Assembly: GCA_965206595.1 (NCBI GenBank)
Contig: OZ242214.1
Span: 4,704,001-4,768,000 of the forward strand
Source: Candidatus Latescibacterota bacterium
GTDB taxonomy: Bacteria > Latescibacterota > UBA2968 > UBA8231
Length of the DNA: 64,000 nt
Reading direction: 5' to 3'
The position numbers were made by a program, and so were the translations under genes. Under the pieces are notes generated by a model. That model searched no databases. It saw only the letters and a program-made list of their open reading frames with translations, and was not told the DNA's origin. Shown here in pieces: positions 29,649-39,369 of the stretch (the stretch's first letter is position 1; each line of letters starts with the position of its first letter).

Positions 29649-30557
29649 ATGATCGAAATCCAGCTCCTGCCGGAGGAATGCAAGGCAGCCGTCACCATCG
29701 ACGGCTCGCTTTTCACCGAGTACCGCTACGGCCACTACCTCTGCCGGCCCTACCTCTACCCGGTCCTGACGCCGGTCGGGAAGCGGCTGACGCGCGGCTT
29801 CCCGACGGAGCCGGTCGAGGGGGAAAACGAGGACCATTACCACCACCGCAGCATCTACGTCGCTCACGGGCTGGTCAACGGCCACAACCTCTGGGACGAG
29901 GGCGTCGGCCACGGCGCCATGCTGCAGCGGGGGGAACCGGTGACCGGCGTCGTTGGAGACGTGGCGACCATCGACGGTATCGTCGACTGGTTCGGCCCGC
30001 AGGGGGAGAAGCTCCTCGAGGAGCGGCGGAGCCTCTGGCTCTGCGGGATAGGGGATCTGCGCGTCCTCGATCTGCGCAGCGAGTACCGCGCCGTGCACGG
30101 GGACGTCACCTTCGGCGACACCAAGGAGGGGGGCCTGTTCTCTATCCGCGTGCCGACCTCGATGGACGCCAAGGAGAAGGGCCGCATCGAGAATTCGGAA
30201 GGGGACGTCTTCGACAGCGGGGAGGGGGAGGAGACCACTTGGGGGAAGCGGGCGGCCTGGGTCGACTACTCGGGACCGCTGGCCAGCGGGGAGGAGTGGG
30301 GGCACACCGTCGTCGACCACCGGAACAACCCGCGCCACCCGACCTACTGGCACGTGCGCGGTTACGGGCTGTTCACGGCCAATCCCTTCGGCGCCCACGA
30401 CTTCAAACGGGACGAGAGCGTCGACGAGAGCCTGACGATCCCCGCGGCCGGCAGGGAGATCTTCTCCTATCGCCTGATCATCCATCCGGGCAGGGGGATG
30501 GCGGCCCATCCCCAGGTGGCCGGGCTGATCGACCGGTTCCAGGAAACCGAGGGTTAG
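29649..30557 (+). CDS. DUF6807-like ('PmoA family') beta-sandwich protein
   Basis: RPYLYPV, DHYHHRSI, FGDTKEGG, WVDYSG, WHVRGYGLF.ANPFG. Confidence 0.75.
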   Translation: MIEIQLLPEECKAAVTIDGSLFTEYRYGHYLCRPYLYPVLTPVGKRLTRGFPTEPVEGENEDHYHHRSIYVAHGLVNGHNLWDEGVGHGAMLQRGEPVTGVVGDVATIDGIVDWFGPQGEKLLEERRSLWLCGIGDLRVLDLRSEYRAVHGDVTFGDTKEGGLFSIRVPTSMDAKEKGRIENSEGDVFDSGEGEETTWGKRAAWVDYSGPLASGEEWGHTVVDHRNNPRHPTYWHVRGYGLFTANPFGAHDFKRDESVDESLTIPAAGREIFSYRLIIHPGRGMAAHPQVAGLIDRFQETEG

Positions 30558-30562
30558 GGTCC

Positions 30563-31189
30563 GTGACGGACGGGCGGTCGTGCCCGGAATCGGGGGCTCG
30601 AAAAACAGACCCCCTGGCCGCCCAGATCGACTTCATCGTCGAAGTCGACAAGCTCAAGCAGGTTCTGCGCCAGACCCTGCTGCCCGGGGACCGCCGGCAG
30701 GAGAACGACGCCGAGCATTCATGGCATCTGGCGCTGATGGCCTGCCTGCTCGCCGGGCACGCCGCCGCGGAGATCGACCTGCTGCGCGCCGTCAGGATGC
30801 TGCTCTTCCACGACGTGGTCGAAATCGACGCCGGCGACACCTTCGCCTACGACATCCGGGGAAACGAGGACCGGGTCGAGCGGGAGCGCGCCGCTGCCGC
30901 TCGCCTGTTCGGCATGCTGCCGCCGGGCCAGGCCGCGGAGTACCGCTCGCTCTGGGAGGAGTTCGAAGAGAGGAAGACGCCGGAGGCGAAGTTCGCCGCG
31001 GCCATGGATCGTTTTCAGCCGATCCTGCTGAACTACTGCGCCGGCGGGGAAACCTGGAGGCGCCACGGGGTGAAGCGGGACGAGGTGGTGGCGCGCAACC
31101 GCCACATCGCCGAGGGGGCTCCAGCGCTATGGGAAGCGGCCGAGCGGCTGATCGCCAGGGCGGTGGCGGAGGGCAAGCTGGATGACTGA
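30563..31189 (+). CDS. HD-domain hydrolase (YfbR/HDDC2-like)
   Basis: DKLKQVLR, ENDAEHSWH, FHDVVEIDAGD, LWEEFE, MDRFQP. Confidence 0.9.
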   Translation: MTDGRSCPESGARKTDPLAAQIDFIVEVDKLKQVLRQTLLPGDRRQENDAEHSWHLALMACLLAGHAAAEIDLLRAVRMLLFHDVVEIDAGDTFAYDIRGNEDRVERERAAAARLFGMLPPGQAAEYRSLWEEFEERKTPEAKFAAAMDRFQPILLNYCAGGETWRRHGVKRDEVVARNRHIAEGAPALWEAAERLIARAVAEGKLDD

Positions 31190-31296
31190 TTCCGCTTCTG
31201 CAGCACCGTGTGGAAAACCAAGCCGGTTGGGATTGTTGGAATTCGATCGGAATTAGGATTTGGTCGCCTGCACTCGGGCGAGGAAAGACAACCACT

Positions 31297-34200
31297 TTGA
31301 CTGATTCGCCTTCATGTCCCAAGTGCGGTGCTCGCATGGTGAAACGCACCGCGAAGAAGGGCCCAAACGTCGGAGGACAGTTCTGGGGTTGCCCTCGGTT
31401 TCCAAACTGTGACGGCATCCGAGATCTTGGTGATCCTGGTGACAATCGCGAACCGCCTCAGCCTTCACGCAGGCCCAGCCTGCTGCCAGTCGAATGGATC
31501 GAAGGGATATCGCGCCACGATTTCATTCCCGAATACGTGGCCGTGGGGGCGATACCCGGAATCCTTCACGATCGCTTGAACCATGACGCACGTGTGAAAC
31601 AAGCACTCAGCCAATGCGTGCTGCTGTCCCGCAGAAGCCGCGAACGTCAGGAGGCCGTGGAGCATCCCCGCTTCGCGAGCGCGTTGCTTCTCAAGTTGCT
31701 GCGTCGCGGCCGAACCCCCCTGCCGACCCTCAACGTGGAACGTGAAGCCCTGCGCACGCACGGCTTCCAGGACAAGGTGAGCGAGTTTGGCCCGGGTAAT
31801 GCGGAGGTAGGTTGGGAACCGCGATCGGGCGTGTTTCTGCACGTGAGCCCTGAAGCCGTCCTGTCGGCAGTTACAGAAAGAGTTCCCTTTGTCCTTGATC
31901 CTGTTTTCGGTTTCGAGCCCGAATCAGGCGAACCGCTGCTGCAGAGCGAGGCCGAGGCGTGGTTCCTCAATGAGTGGGTGCCGAGGGCGCTGGGGCCGAC
32001 GGCCGGCCACTGGTTCACACCCCAGGCGCCACTGGACAAGCTGCTTGAGTCCGGAGGGCGAGGAGACGGCAGCGGTGTCCGGCGCATTGACTTCCTCTTC
32101 AACCACCCAAGTGGTCAGCCGTTTGCGATAGAGATCGACGGCCCGGAACACGAGGCAGCGGTGGATGTCGACGAGGAGCGTGATGAATCGTTGCGCTCGA
32201 TCGGGATTGACGTTCTCCGAGTTACAAACGCGGAAGTGCTGCAAGGTCAGGGAGCCGTGCTCGAACGAATCCGCAGCCGGTGTGCGGGGGCGCTCACGGC
32301 ATTCGACCAGGCTGCCGGTGAGGAGATGGCTTCGGCTTCGTTCGCAGTTGATTGCTCCACCGCTGCGAAGGTGCAGTTCGCAGTCGCCCGGGCCCTCGAG
32401 TACGGATGGCTGACCGCAGGTGAGAATTGGGAAATCGACATCAGCGGTGCCGGAGCGCCGGTCGCCGCTGGTATTCTGGACGCCCTTCAATTACTTGCAG
32501 GAATCGATGGTTTATATGGGGGTTGCTCGGTCCCTGCCAGATGTACGGTTCGTGCGGAGGAGGGGTTTGTAGTCAGGTGGATGCACACCGGAGGCGGCCA
32601 GTGGGTGGAGACCACCAATTCCGAAGCGCCGAGTCAACAGCTGCGCATTGGCGTCGAGAACACGGTAGGTCCGTTCCACCGCGTCCCTGGTGAGAGGTGG
32701 GACTTCATCATTCGCTCAGCGTGCATCCCGGCACGGATCGCAACTGAGCAAACGTTCGATTCTCGCCGCCGGCCCGTGGCTGCCTCGACCTGGGAGGAAG
32801 TTCACCTACCGCTCCGGATGTTTCTCCAGAACATATTCCGCAAGCGCGGATTCCGCCCAAGGCAGGGCGAGGCTGTCTTCAACATGCTGCGACAGAACGA
32901 CTGTGTCGTGCTGCTTCAGACCGGAGCTGGGAAGAGCATCATCTATCAACTCGCGGGACTGCTGATGCCTGGGGTGACGCTGGTCGTCGATCCGATCAAC
33001 GCGCTCATCGAAGACCAGGTCGAAGGTCTGAATTCTTATGGAATCGATCGCGCAGTTCCGATCAAGCGCGACCTCGCGACGCGTGAAGAGCGTAACCGCT
33101 TGCTCCGCCTGGTCGCACGCGGCGAGTACCAGTTCGTACTCCATTCACCTGAGCGGCTTCAGTCTCCTCAGTTTCGGGAGGCGCTCGAGGAGCTGAGGTG
33201 GAATTCATTGGTCAACATGGCGGTCATCGATGAAGCGCACTGCGTCTCGGAGTGGGGGCACGATTTTCGGCCCGCATATCTGAACCTCGCGAACAACCTG
33301 CGCCGGCTCTGCGAGGATCCCGAGGGCGCTCCACCACCGCTGCTTGCTCTAACGGGAACCGCCTCGCGTGCGGTCCTCCGGGACATGCTTGCGGATCTCG
33401 GTGTCGACAGGAAACGCTCGGACGCGCTGATTCGCCCCGAGTCTTTTGATCGTTCCGAAATCAGCTTCGAAATCGTGCGCACTTCCCCGAGGGAGAACCC
33501 CCAAGCAGCACTCCGTGGCGTGCTGCATTCCTTGCCGGGGAAATTTGGATTGCCTCGAACAGAGTTCTATCGATCCTCCGGGCGGGACACCGCCTCCGGG
33601 ATTGTATTCGTACCCACGGTCAGATCCCGGATGTACGGCCTGCAGGATACTCGCAACATCGTACGACAGGCGACGGGTTCGGAAGTTACCCTCTACAGTG
33701 GAAGCTCTCCCTGGCGCGGCGACTCGGGGAAATGGGACGTGGAGAAGCGCGACAACGCAGCGGCTTTCAAAACGAACCGCGTGCCCGTCCTCGTCGCGAC
33801 CAAGGCGTTCGGCATGGGCATCGATAAACCGAACATCCGGTACACGGTGCATTTCGGCATGCCGATGTCGCTCGAGAGTTTCTACCAGGAAGCTGGGCGC
33901 GCTGGCCGGGATCAAAAACCTGCCCGGTCGACCGTTGTGTTTTCCGAGTACGACAGGACCCGCTCGGACAAGCTGATCGACCCGGATCTCGCTCTCGAAG
34001 AGCTCCGTGAGCTTTTCACCAAAACAAGCCAGGACCGCAAAACCGCGGACGACGTGACACGGGCCCTCTGGTTCCACCTAGAGGGGTTCAGCGGGGCGGA
34101 CCGAGAGATCGAGGATGCGCGAAAGCTGATCGACGCGATCGGAGATCTGTCCGTCAGTCAACGGATGGAACGACCTTACGGCGACGAGGATCACAAGCGA

Positions 34201-35154
34201 GAGCAGGACAGTCGCAAACGCCAGGAGAAGGCCATATACCGTCTACTTAAGCTTGGTGTGATTCGCGACTATGAAGTCGATTTTGGAGCCAATAGATTCG
34301 TTGTCCACGTCGAGACGTTCGACTTCGACCGCTGTAAAGAACGACTGCTTGATTACGTACGGGCCGCCAACCCCGGGAGGAGTCAGTCTTTCGGACGGCG
34401 AGTAAATGAGATCGACGCTGAGGGGCCGCGTGACGCCGCGCTGGGGCTGGTCAAGGTGTTGATCGAGTTTACGTACGACGAAATCGAACGTTCCCGCCGC
34501 CGGTCGATTCAGGAGGCCGTTCTGCTGGCTCGTCAAGCTGGGAATGACGCGGAAATCCGCAGACGTCTGCTCGACTATCTTCAGGAGGGTCTTGGTGCCG
34601 AGTGCATCGAGGAACTGCTGGAGCGAGAAACGGTCGAGTTGTTCGAATGGTGGGATCTCGTCACCAAAATGCAGACTGAGATGGATGCGGGAGAGCTGCG
34701 TGGGCTGTGCATCCGCGCGCTAGAATCCTATCCGGATCACCCGGGGCTTCTTCTGACGCGCTCTTTGGCCGAATCCATGTGCTCCGATCACGATGAGATG
34801 GTCAGTTCGAGGGGGATCGGAACGGCGATTCGCACTGGAGTTGAGAAGTACGAGATCTCGGGAACAGACATCGAGTCGACCATTGACGAGATGTTCGAAT
34901 TCGCGTCAACTCGTGCGCGTGACCTCGGACCGCCCCTTACCACTGCGCTGTTCGATCTTGCCGATGAGCAGGCGGACTTTGCATTCGTCGAGAGCAGGGT
35001 TTCCAAACGTGCGGTCGAACTCGATGACCCTCGCGTGCGCGCTGTGATTGCGACGCGAAGGGTTCGAAACGTCGTCGATCAGTTGAAAGAGGTGGCTGAC
35101 CGAGTGGTTGCCCAATATGATGCACCGGGCGTAGTGGAGGCCTTAAGAGCATAA
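31297..35154 (+). CDS. large RecQ-family SF2 helicase fused to a topoisomerase C4 Zn-ribbon and a DUF559/Vsr-like nuclease domain
   Basis: CPKCGARM...FWGCPRFPNC; RIDF...IEIDGPEH...RDESLRSIGIDVLRV; QTGAGKS, DEAHCVSEWGHDFRP, AFGMGIDK, QEAGRAGRD; TTG start after AGGAAAG. Confidence 0.9.
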   Translation: MTDSPSCPKCGARMVKRTAKKGPNVGGQFWGCPRFPNCDGIRDLGDPGDNREPPQPSRRPSLLPVEWIEGISRHDFIPEYVAVGAIPGILHDRLNHDARVKQALSQCVLLSRRSRERQEAVEHPRFASALLLKLLRRGRTPLPTLNVEREALRTHGFQDKVSEFGPGNAEVGWEPRSGVFLHVSPEAVLSAVTERVPFVLDPVFGFEPESGEPLLQSEAEAWFLNEWVPRALGPTAGHWFTPQAPLDKLLESGGRGDGSGVRRIDFLFNHPSGQPFAIEIDGPEHEAAVDVDEERDESLRSIGIDVLRVTNAEVLQGQGAVLERIRSRCAGALTAFDQAAGEEMASASFAVDCSTAAKVQFAVARALEYGWLTAGENWEIDISGAGAPVAAGILDALQLLAGIDGLYGGCSVPARCTVRAEEGFVVRWMHTGGGQWVETTNSEAPSQQLRIGVENTVGPFHRVPGERWDFIIRSACIPARIATEQTFDSRRRPVAASTWEEVHLPLRMFLQNIFRKRGFRPRQGEAVFNMLRQNDCVVLLQTGAGKSIIYQLAGLLMPGVTLVVDPINALIEDQVEGLNSYGIDRAVPIKRDLATREERNRLLRLVARGEYQFVLHSPERLQSPQFREALEELRWNSLVNMAVIDEAHCVSEWGHDFRPAYLNLANNLRRLCEDPEGAPPPLLALTGTASRAVLRDMLADLGVDRKRSDALIRPESFDRSEISFEIVRTSPRENPQAALRGVLHSLPGKFGLPRTEFYRSSGRDTASGIVFVPTVRSRMYGLQDTRNIVRQATGSEVTLYSGSSPWRGDSGKWDVEKRDNAAAFKTNRVPVLVATKAFGMGIDKPNIRYTVHFGMPMSLESFYQEAGRAGRDQKPARSTVVFSEYDRTRSDKLIDPDLALEELRELFTKTSQDRKTADDVTRALWFHLEGFSGADREIEDARKLIDAIGDLSVSQRMERPYGDEDHKREQDSRKRQEKAIYRLLKLGVIRDYEVDFGANRFVVHVETFDFDRCKERLLDYVRAANPGRSQSFGRRVNEIDAEGPRDAALGLVKVLIEFTYDEIERSRRRSIQEAVLLARQAGNDAEIRRRLLDYLQEGLGAECIEELLERETVELFEWWDLVTKMQTEMDAGELRGLCIRALESYPDHPGLLLTRSLAESMCSDHDEMVSSRGIGTAIRTGVEKYEISGTDIESTIDEMFEFASTRARDLGPPLTTALFDLADEQADFAFVESRVSKRAVELDDPRVRAVIATRRVRNVVDQLKEVADRVVAQYDAPGVVEALRA

Positions 35155-35577
35155 ATGGACATTATGGAAGATTTACAGGAACGGCTCAATGAAACCGAGC
35201 GCCGAGCCATCGAGGTTGTCCGGCGACTGGAAGAGCTCGATGCGCTCCAGCAGTCACTTGCCATCGCAGGACGAGGGCTTGGCGAAGCAAGCGACAACGT
35301 CTCCGCACTTGCGGCTGCCACCCGAACTGCGATTGAATCACTGAACAGCACCCTTATTACGTTTCGGGAAGCAGTTGAGGTTTTCCAGCGCTCCGACCCA
35401 GGGCTAGTCAGAGAAAAGCTGGCAGGGATTGAGGAAGAACTCGGCCGCATCACCGAGAAGCTCCTCATCCTTGACGAGCTTTCACCGGAAATCCGGAGCA
35501 CTCGAAACGCTGTAGAACGCCTTTCGCAAAGGTCGATTTTCAACCAAATCTTCGGCGGGACCCGGAAGGCTGAGTGA
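35155..35577 (+). CDS. small coiled-coil protein, translationally coupled to the RecQ fusion
   Basis: ATG immediately follows the upstream TAA; heptad-like helical sequence. Confidence 0.7.
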   Translation: MDIMEDLQERLNETERRAIEVVRRLEELDALQQSLAIAGRGLGEASDNVSALAAATRTAIESLNSTLITFREAVEVFQRSDPGLVREKLAGIEEELGRITEKLLILDELSPEIRSTRNAVERLSQRSIFNQIFGGTRKAE

Positions 35578-35639
35578 GACTATAGCCCGAGCCTTTCTTC
35601 CATCCACATAGTGGTCGGTCAATGTAGCATTGCGGAGTA

Positions 35640-35812
35640 AAGATCTGTACACCTGAGGCCGCCCTCCAACGCAAGGAGCAAAGGAACCGTAAGGCGAAGA
35701 CGGTCGACGGGGAAGCGGAGGCCCGTCTCGTAGCTCTGGGCAGTAGCCCGCCGCCGGAGGGGAGGAAGTGCTGGACCCTCAGATTGTTAGTAGAGCGCCT
35801 CCTCACATTGCA
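35640..35812 (+). mobile_element. IS630-family transposase HTH fragment
   Basis: Translates as ...KTVDGEAEARLVALGSSPPPEGRKCWTLRLLVERL. Confidence 0.6.
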
Positions 35813-35813
35813 G

Positions 35814-35987
35814 GATACCCTGCGCCAGCAACAGCGCAACGTCCTCGACTATCTCAGGATGGCCTGCACCGCCGCCGTGCGTCAACAACCAGCGCCCTCG
35901 CTGCTGCCTTCAACCCATTCCGCCATTCGCTAATATCAGCCCGCGACCATTCCGTCCCCGGCCCCATCAGCAGGGAACTGAACGGTT
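35814..35987 (+). mobile_element. IS66 right-end remnant
   Basis: Highly similar to the reverse complement of 41357-41530; ends GAACTGAACGGTT. Confidence 0.85.
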
Positions 35988-36670
35988 GGTGTACCTTCAG
36001 ACTCTATCTATTGACTCCCATCGATATTTCCAGGAGAAACCCACGATGACCGACGACTACAGTGAGGCGCGTGAGCACGAGTATGCTGTCATCCGCCGCC
36101 GCGATCTCCTGGACTGCCTCGAAAAGCACACAATGCCTCGGCGGGAGAGCGATGTTCTTGACGGATTTCTGCGACGCCTGCGTAGTACCGAGGACGATGT
36201 GCAGAGTTGGAAATCAACCGAACCAAAGGAATGGTTATGGAATGCCTGGAAGGGCTTCTACATGGAACTGCAGAGACAGCCATCGCTGAAAGGGTGGTGG
36301 GGATATGTACCAAATCAGAGGGGTGGATTTCTCTCTTTCCGGCCGGAGTTCGAGACAACTGTCGGCGGGGTGAAACTGTATATCCACATCGAGAACGCAA
36401 AAAAGCTGTGCTTCCGAATTGAAATCGTTTCAAACAACGTCAACCGGAAGACGTTGAGATCATTGGTATGACTCCATTATCGGTCGATGCAACCAGGTGG
36501 GAATTCCGGCAAGAAAACCCGCCCGCTTCGGGTCCGGCTTGAACATGACCATCGCAGAAGTTGAGCAGGATGACTGGCTCGTAGTCCGGGACGGCCGTGT
36601 GGATGTTGCCATGACAGTGGCACGACTCCAGGAGTGTCTTGGGGTCGTCAGGGCCTTCCCGGCTGGGTAG
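35988..36670 (+). pseudogene. C-terminal part of a probable PD-(D/E)XK nuclease-family protein, 5'-truncated and frameshifted
   Basis: W.AW.GFY..L...WGYVPNQRGGFL...LYIHIE..KLCFRI; continues after a frameshift near 36468 as ...KPARFGSGLNMTIA; family recalled from motif. Confidence 0.5.
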
Positions 36671-36930
36671 CTTCCTCCCACGAGGATTGGATTGCATCCA
36701 TTCCCTCCCCTGCGAGGGACCGAGGGCATCCGTCATCCGGAGGATGGTCCCTGGGGCCTGCTGCCCCAGGCCGTTGAAATGCAGGGCTGACCAGTGATAA
36801 CGGCGAAGAATCCAGCCCCCTAACCGGCCTCGGAAATAGAACCCCACCCGTAAAAAGTCCTGCCTGCGACGCGATCTGTCGCAGCTGTAGGCCATAATCC
36901 TGGGATACATCCAATGACCCAGGATTCCAA

Positions 36931-38271
36931 ATGGCCGGCAATCAGCACATTCCGCCCCAGGCGATAGAAATAGAGCAGGCCGTATTGGGGGCGATGATGC
37001 TAGACCCTGGCGCCATCGACCGCGCCAGCGCAACCCTCGATCCGGACTGTTTTTTCCACGTCCCGCACAAATGGATTTACGCCGCAATAATCGACCTCCA
37101 CGAGCGCGGGGTGGCGATCGATCAGCTCACCTTGTCCGAGGAGCTCAAGCTCCGCGATCAGTTCCATGAGGCTGGCGGATCCGTCTACCTGGCCAGGCTG
37201 GCCATCGAGTTCGCCTCCGCGGCAAACATTGACGACCACGCGCGGATCATCCTCGACAAGGCACTCAGGCGCAAGGTGATCGAAACTGCCGGCGACATCA
37301 TCGAGCAGGCCAACGAAGGCAGCAGGGAGTTGGATGTTCTGCTTGAAAGCGCCGCGCAAGGTCTTGACAGGATCCGCCAAAACCAAATCGTCGATGGGCT
37401 TGAGCCGCTTGCTTCGCAAATCGGCGACGCCGTAAAACAGATTGAGCAATCCTGCAGCAGGGTAGGCTCCCTCTCCGGGATCGGGACGGGGTTCATCGAC
37501 CTCGATGATATAACCTGCGGCTTACAAAAAGGAGACCTTATCCTGCTTGCGGCTGCCCCGGGCGCCGGCAAAACGTCTCTGGCCTTTGCCCTGGCGCGCA
37601 ACGCCGCGGTAGAAACGGGGGTCGGGGTTGCAATCTTCAGCCCGAGAACTTCCAGAATGGAGCTGGCCCGGCGACTGCTCAGCGCGGAGGCGCAGGTGGA
37701 TCTGCACAAGCTTTGCAGCGGCCGGCTCCGCGACGACCAATTGGTTCACCTGAGGAGCGCCGCAGAACGTCTGGCCGGAATACCTGTCTATATAGACGAT
37801 ACCCCCCGAATTTCAATAACCGAAATCCGGACCAAGGCGCGCCGGTTGCATCGGGAGCACGGGATCGGCCTGATTTTCGTTAACTCTCTGGAAATGATGG
37901 GTCGACAGACGAAGGCCTACACCTGCAAGCAGGAAATCTCCCGGGGCCTCAAGGGCCTTGCCCAGGAGCTGAACGTACCAGTACTCGCCCTGTCGGAACT
38001 GGAATGCACCCAGGAAAGGCCGAGGTTGGAAGACTTGTGGGAGTCGGGAAATCTCGATCAGGAAGCCGACATGGTGATGTTCATCTACCACCCGGATATG
38101 CACGGCATCGAAGACCACGAAGACACCAGCTTCGAAGGCACTGCCGAAATCATCATCGCCAAACAGCGCAACGGCCCGCTTGGCTCGGTGAAGCTGCAAT
38201 GGAACGCCGAGAGCGCGACTTTCAGGAATTTGGCGCCGGAGTGGCGGACTGAGACCGAGGAAGAATATTAA
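36931..38271 (+). CDS. dnaB: DnaB-like helicase paralogue with degenerate catalytic motifs
   Basis: PPQAIEIEQAVLGAMM N-domain, TGFIDLD, EQDAD-like DQEAD, IIAKQRNGP; motifs changed to AAAPGAGKT, FSPRTS, VNSLEM, LSEL, DLWESG. Confidence 0.85.
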   Translation: MAGNQHIPPQAIEIEQAVLGAMMLDPGAIDRASATLDPDCFFHVPHKWIYAAIIDLHERGVAIDQLTLSEELKLRDQFHEAGGSVYLARLAIEFASAANIDDHARIILDKALRRKVIETAGDIIEQANEGSRELDVLLESAAQGLDRIRQNQIVDGLEPLASQIGDAVKQIEQSCSRVGSLSGIGTGFIDLDDITCGLQKGDLILLAAAPGAGKTSLAFALARNAAVETGVGVAIFSPRTSRMELARRLLSAEAQVDLHKLCSGRLRDDQLVHLRSAAERLAGIPVYIDDTPRISITEIRTKARRLHREHGIGLIFVNSLEMMGRQTKAYTCKQEISRGLKGLAQELNVPVLALSELECTQERPRLEDLWESGNLDQEADMVMFIYHPDMHGIEDHEDTSFEGTAEIIIAKQRNGPLGSVKLQWNAESATFRNLAPEWRTETEEEY

Positions 38272-38509
38272 CTTCAGTCCGGCCGACACCGGCGAAGCCG
38301 CTGGCTTGGTGCTTTCAGGATACCTTTCCCACATAGCTCGCTTCCTCCCCTTGGCCTGACCCTCCCGTAGTCCGGGAACTTCGGGGCGAATGCCTCCCTG
38401 CATAACCCCCCCAAAAGTCGCCCACCCGCGACATGATCCGTCGCACCCCCTGGAAAACAGGTTCGCTTTTTGCTGTACGAGAGCGAACCCATTCTCCCGG
38501 AGGAACGAC

Positions 38510-39271
38510 ATGCCTACCCAAAGAACCCGCGACCCGCGCACCCTCGACGACCACGGTCTTATTGGGGGCGGGACAATGACGGCGGCCGAGCAACCCCTTC
38601 TCCGGGTTCAGGGCTACAAGTCCAACCCCGAGTTTCTGGACGCGATGTTGAAAGAGGCAATTCTGCAGCTGGAGTGCGGCGGGCTGCGGCGCCTCGTGCG
38701 CCAGCGGAGCCGGCGGCGCTGGTGCGCCGGCCTGTGGATCGACCCGGAGGGGGCCATCCCGACGGGAAAGCTGCGGCAGCGGCTCGATATCTCGGAGCGT
38801 GAGTCGCTGCGCCTCGGAGGGGTTTCCGAGGCTCGACTGGAGGCGAGCGATCCGCAGGTGGTCCCGTTCCTCGACCTCGTCAGGCGTTGCCGCCTGACCC
38901 CCTTCGACCGGCAGGTGCTCTTGCTGCTGTTCTTCAGGGCGGTGTCGCCTGAGTTCCTTGACCACTACAAAGAGCTGGAATACGAACAGTTTGAACCGGG
39001 AACCCGGGGCCAAGGGGGTGGGCAGGAGGTGCGCATCCGCAGCCTGCTGGAGATACTCTGTTCGAGCAGAACCGGTGTGACCATACAGGCAATTAGCCGG
39101 TTCAGGGCCGACGCCCCCCTGATGGACTGCCACCTGCTGCGCATGGGCAGCGTCAACGAGCAGCGACCCTCGGTTCTCGACGTCGAGGTGCATCTACGCC
39201 GGCGGGTCCTGCCCTGGATCGGCGGGGAAACCCTCAGCTTCCCGGGGGACGATCCTTGTCCAGAGGAATAA
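38510..39271 (+). CDS. hypothetical protein resembling the N-terminal winged-helix region of AAA ATPases
   Basis: LVRRCRLTPFDRQVLLL...LLEILC...RFRADAPLMDCHLL...LRRRVLPWIGG; AGGA SD. Confidence 0.55.
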   Translation: MPTQRTRDPRTLDDHGLIGGGTMTAAEQPLLRVQGYKSNPEFLDAMLKEAILQLECGGLRRLVRQRSRRRWCAGLWIDPEGAIPTGKLRQRLDISERESLRLGGVSEARLEASDPQVVPFLDLVRRCRLTPFDRQVLLLLFFRAVSPEFLDHYKELEYEQFEPGTRGQGGGQEVRIRSLLEILCSSRTGVTIQAISRFRADAPLMDCHLLRMGSVNEQRPSVLDVEVHLRRRVLPWIGGETLSFPGDDPCPEE

Positions 39272-39369
39272 CCGGCTCGAGGACTCAGGTTACGAGGCGG
39301 CTGACAAACGAATCGATTTCGTAAGCGGAGGGGATTCTGGGATAGGGGGACATCGCGGCCGCCGGTCCC

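Noticed and set aside
29649-30557. Particulate methane monooxygenase subunit
   Set aside because: It is a soluble beta-rich protein without TM helices or pmoCB neighbours; the 'PmoA family' label is a naming artefact.
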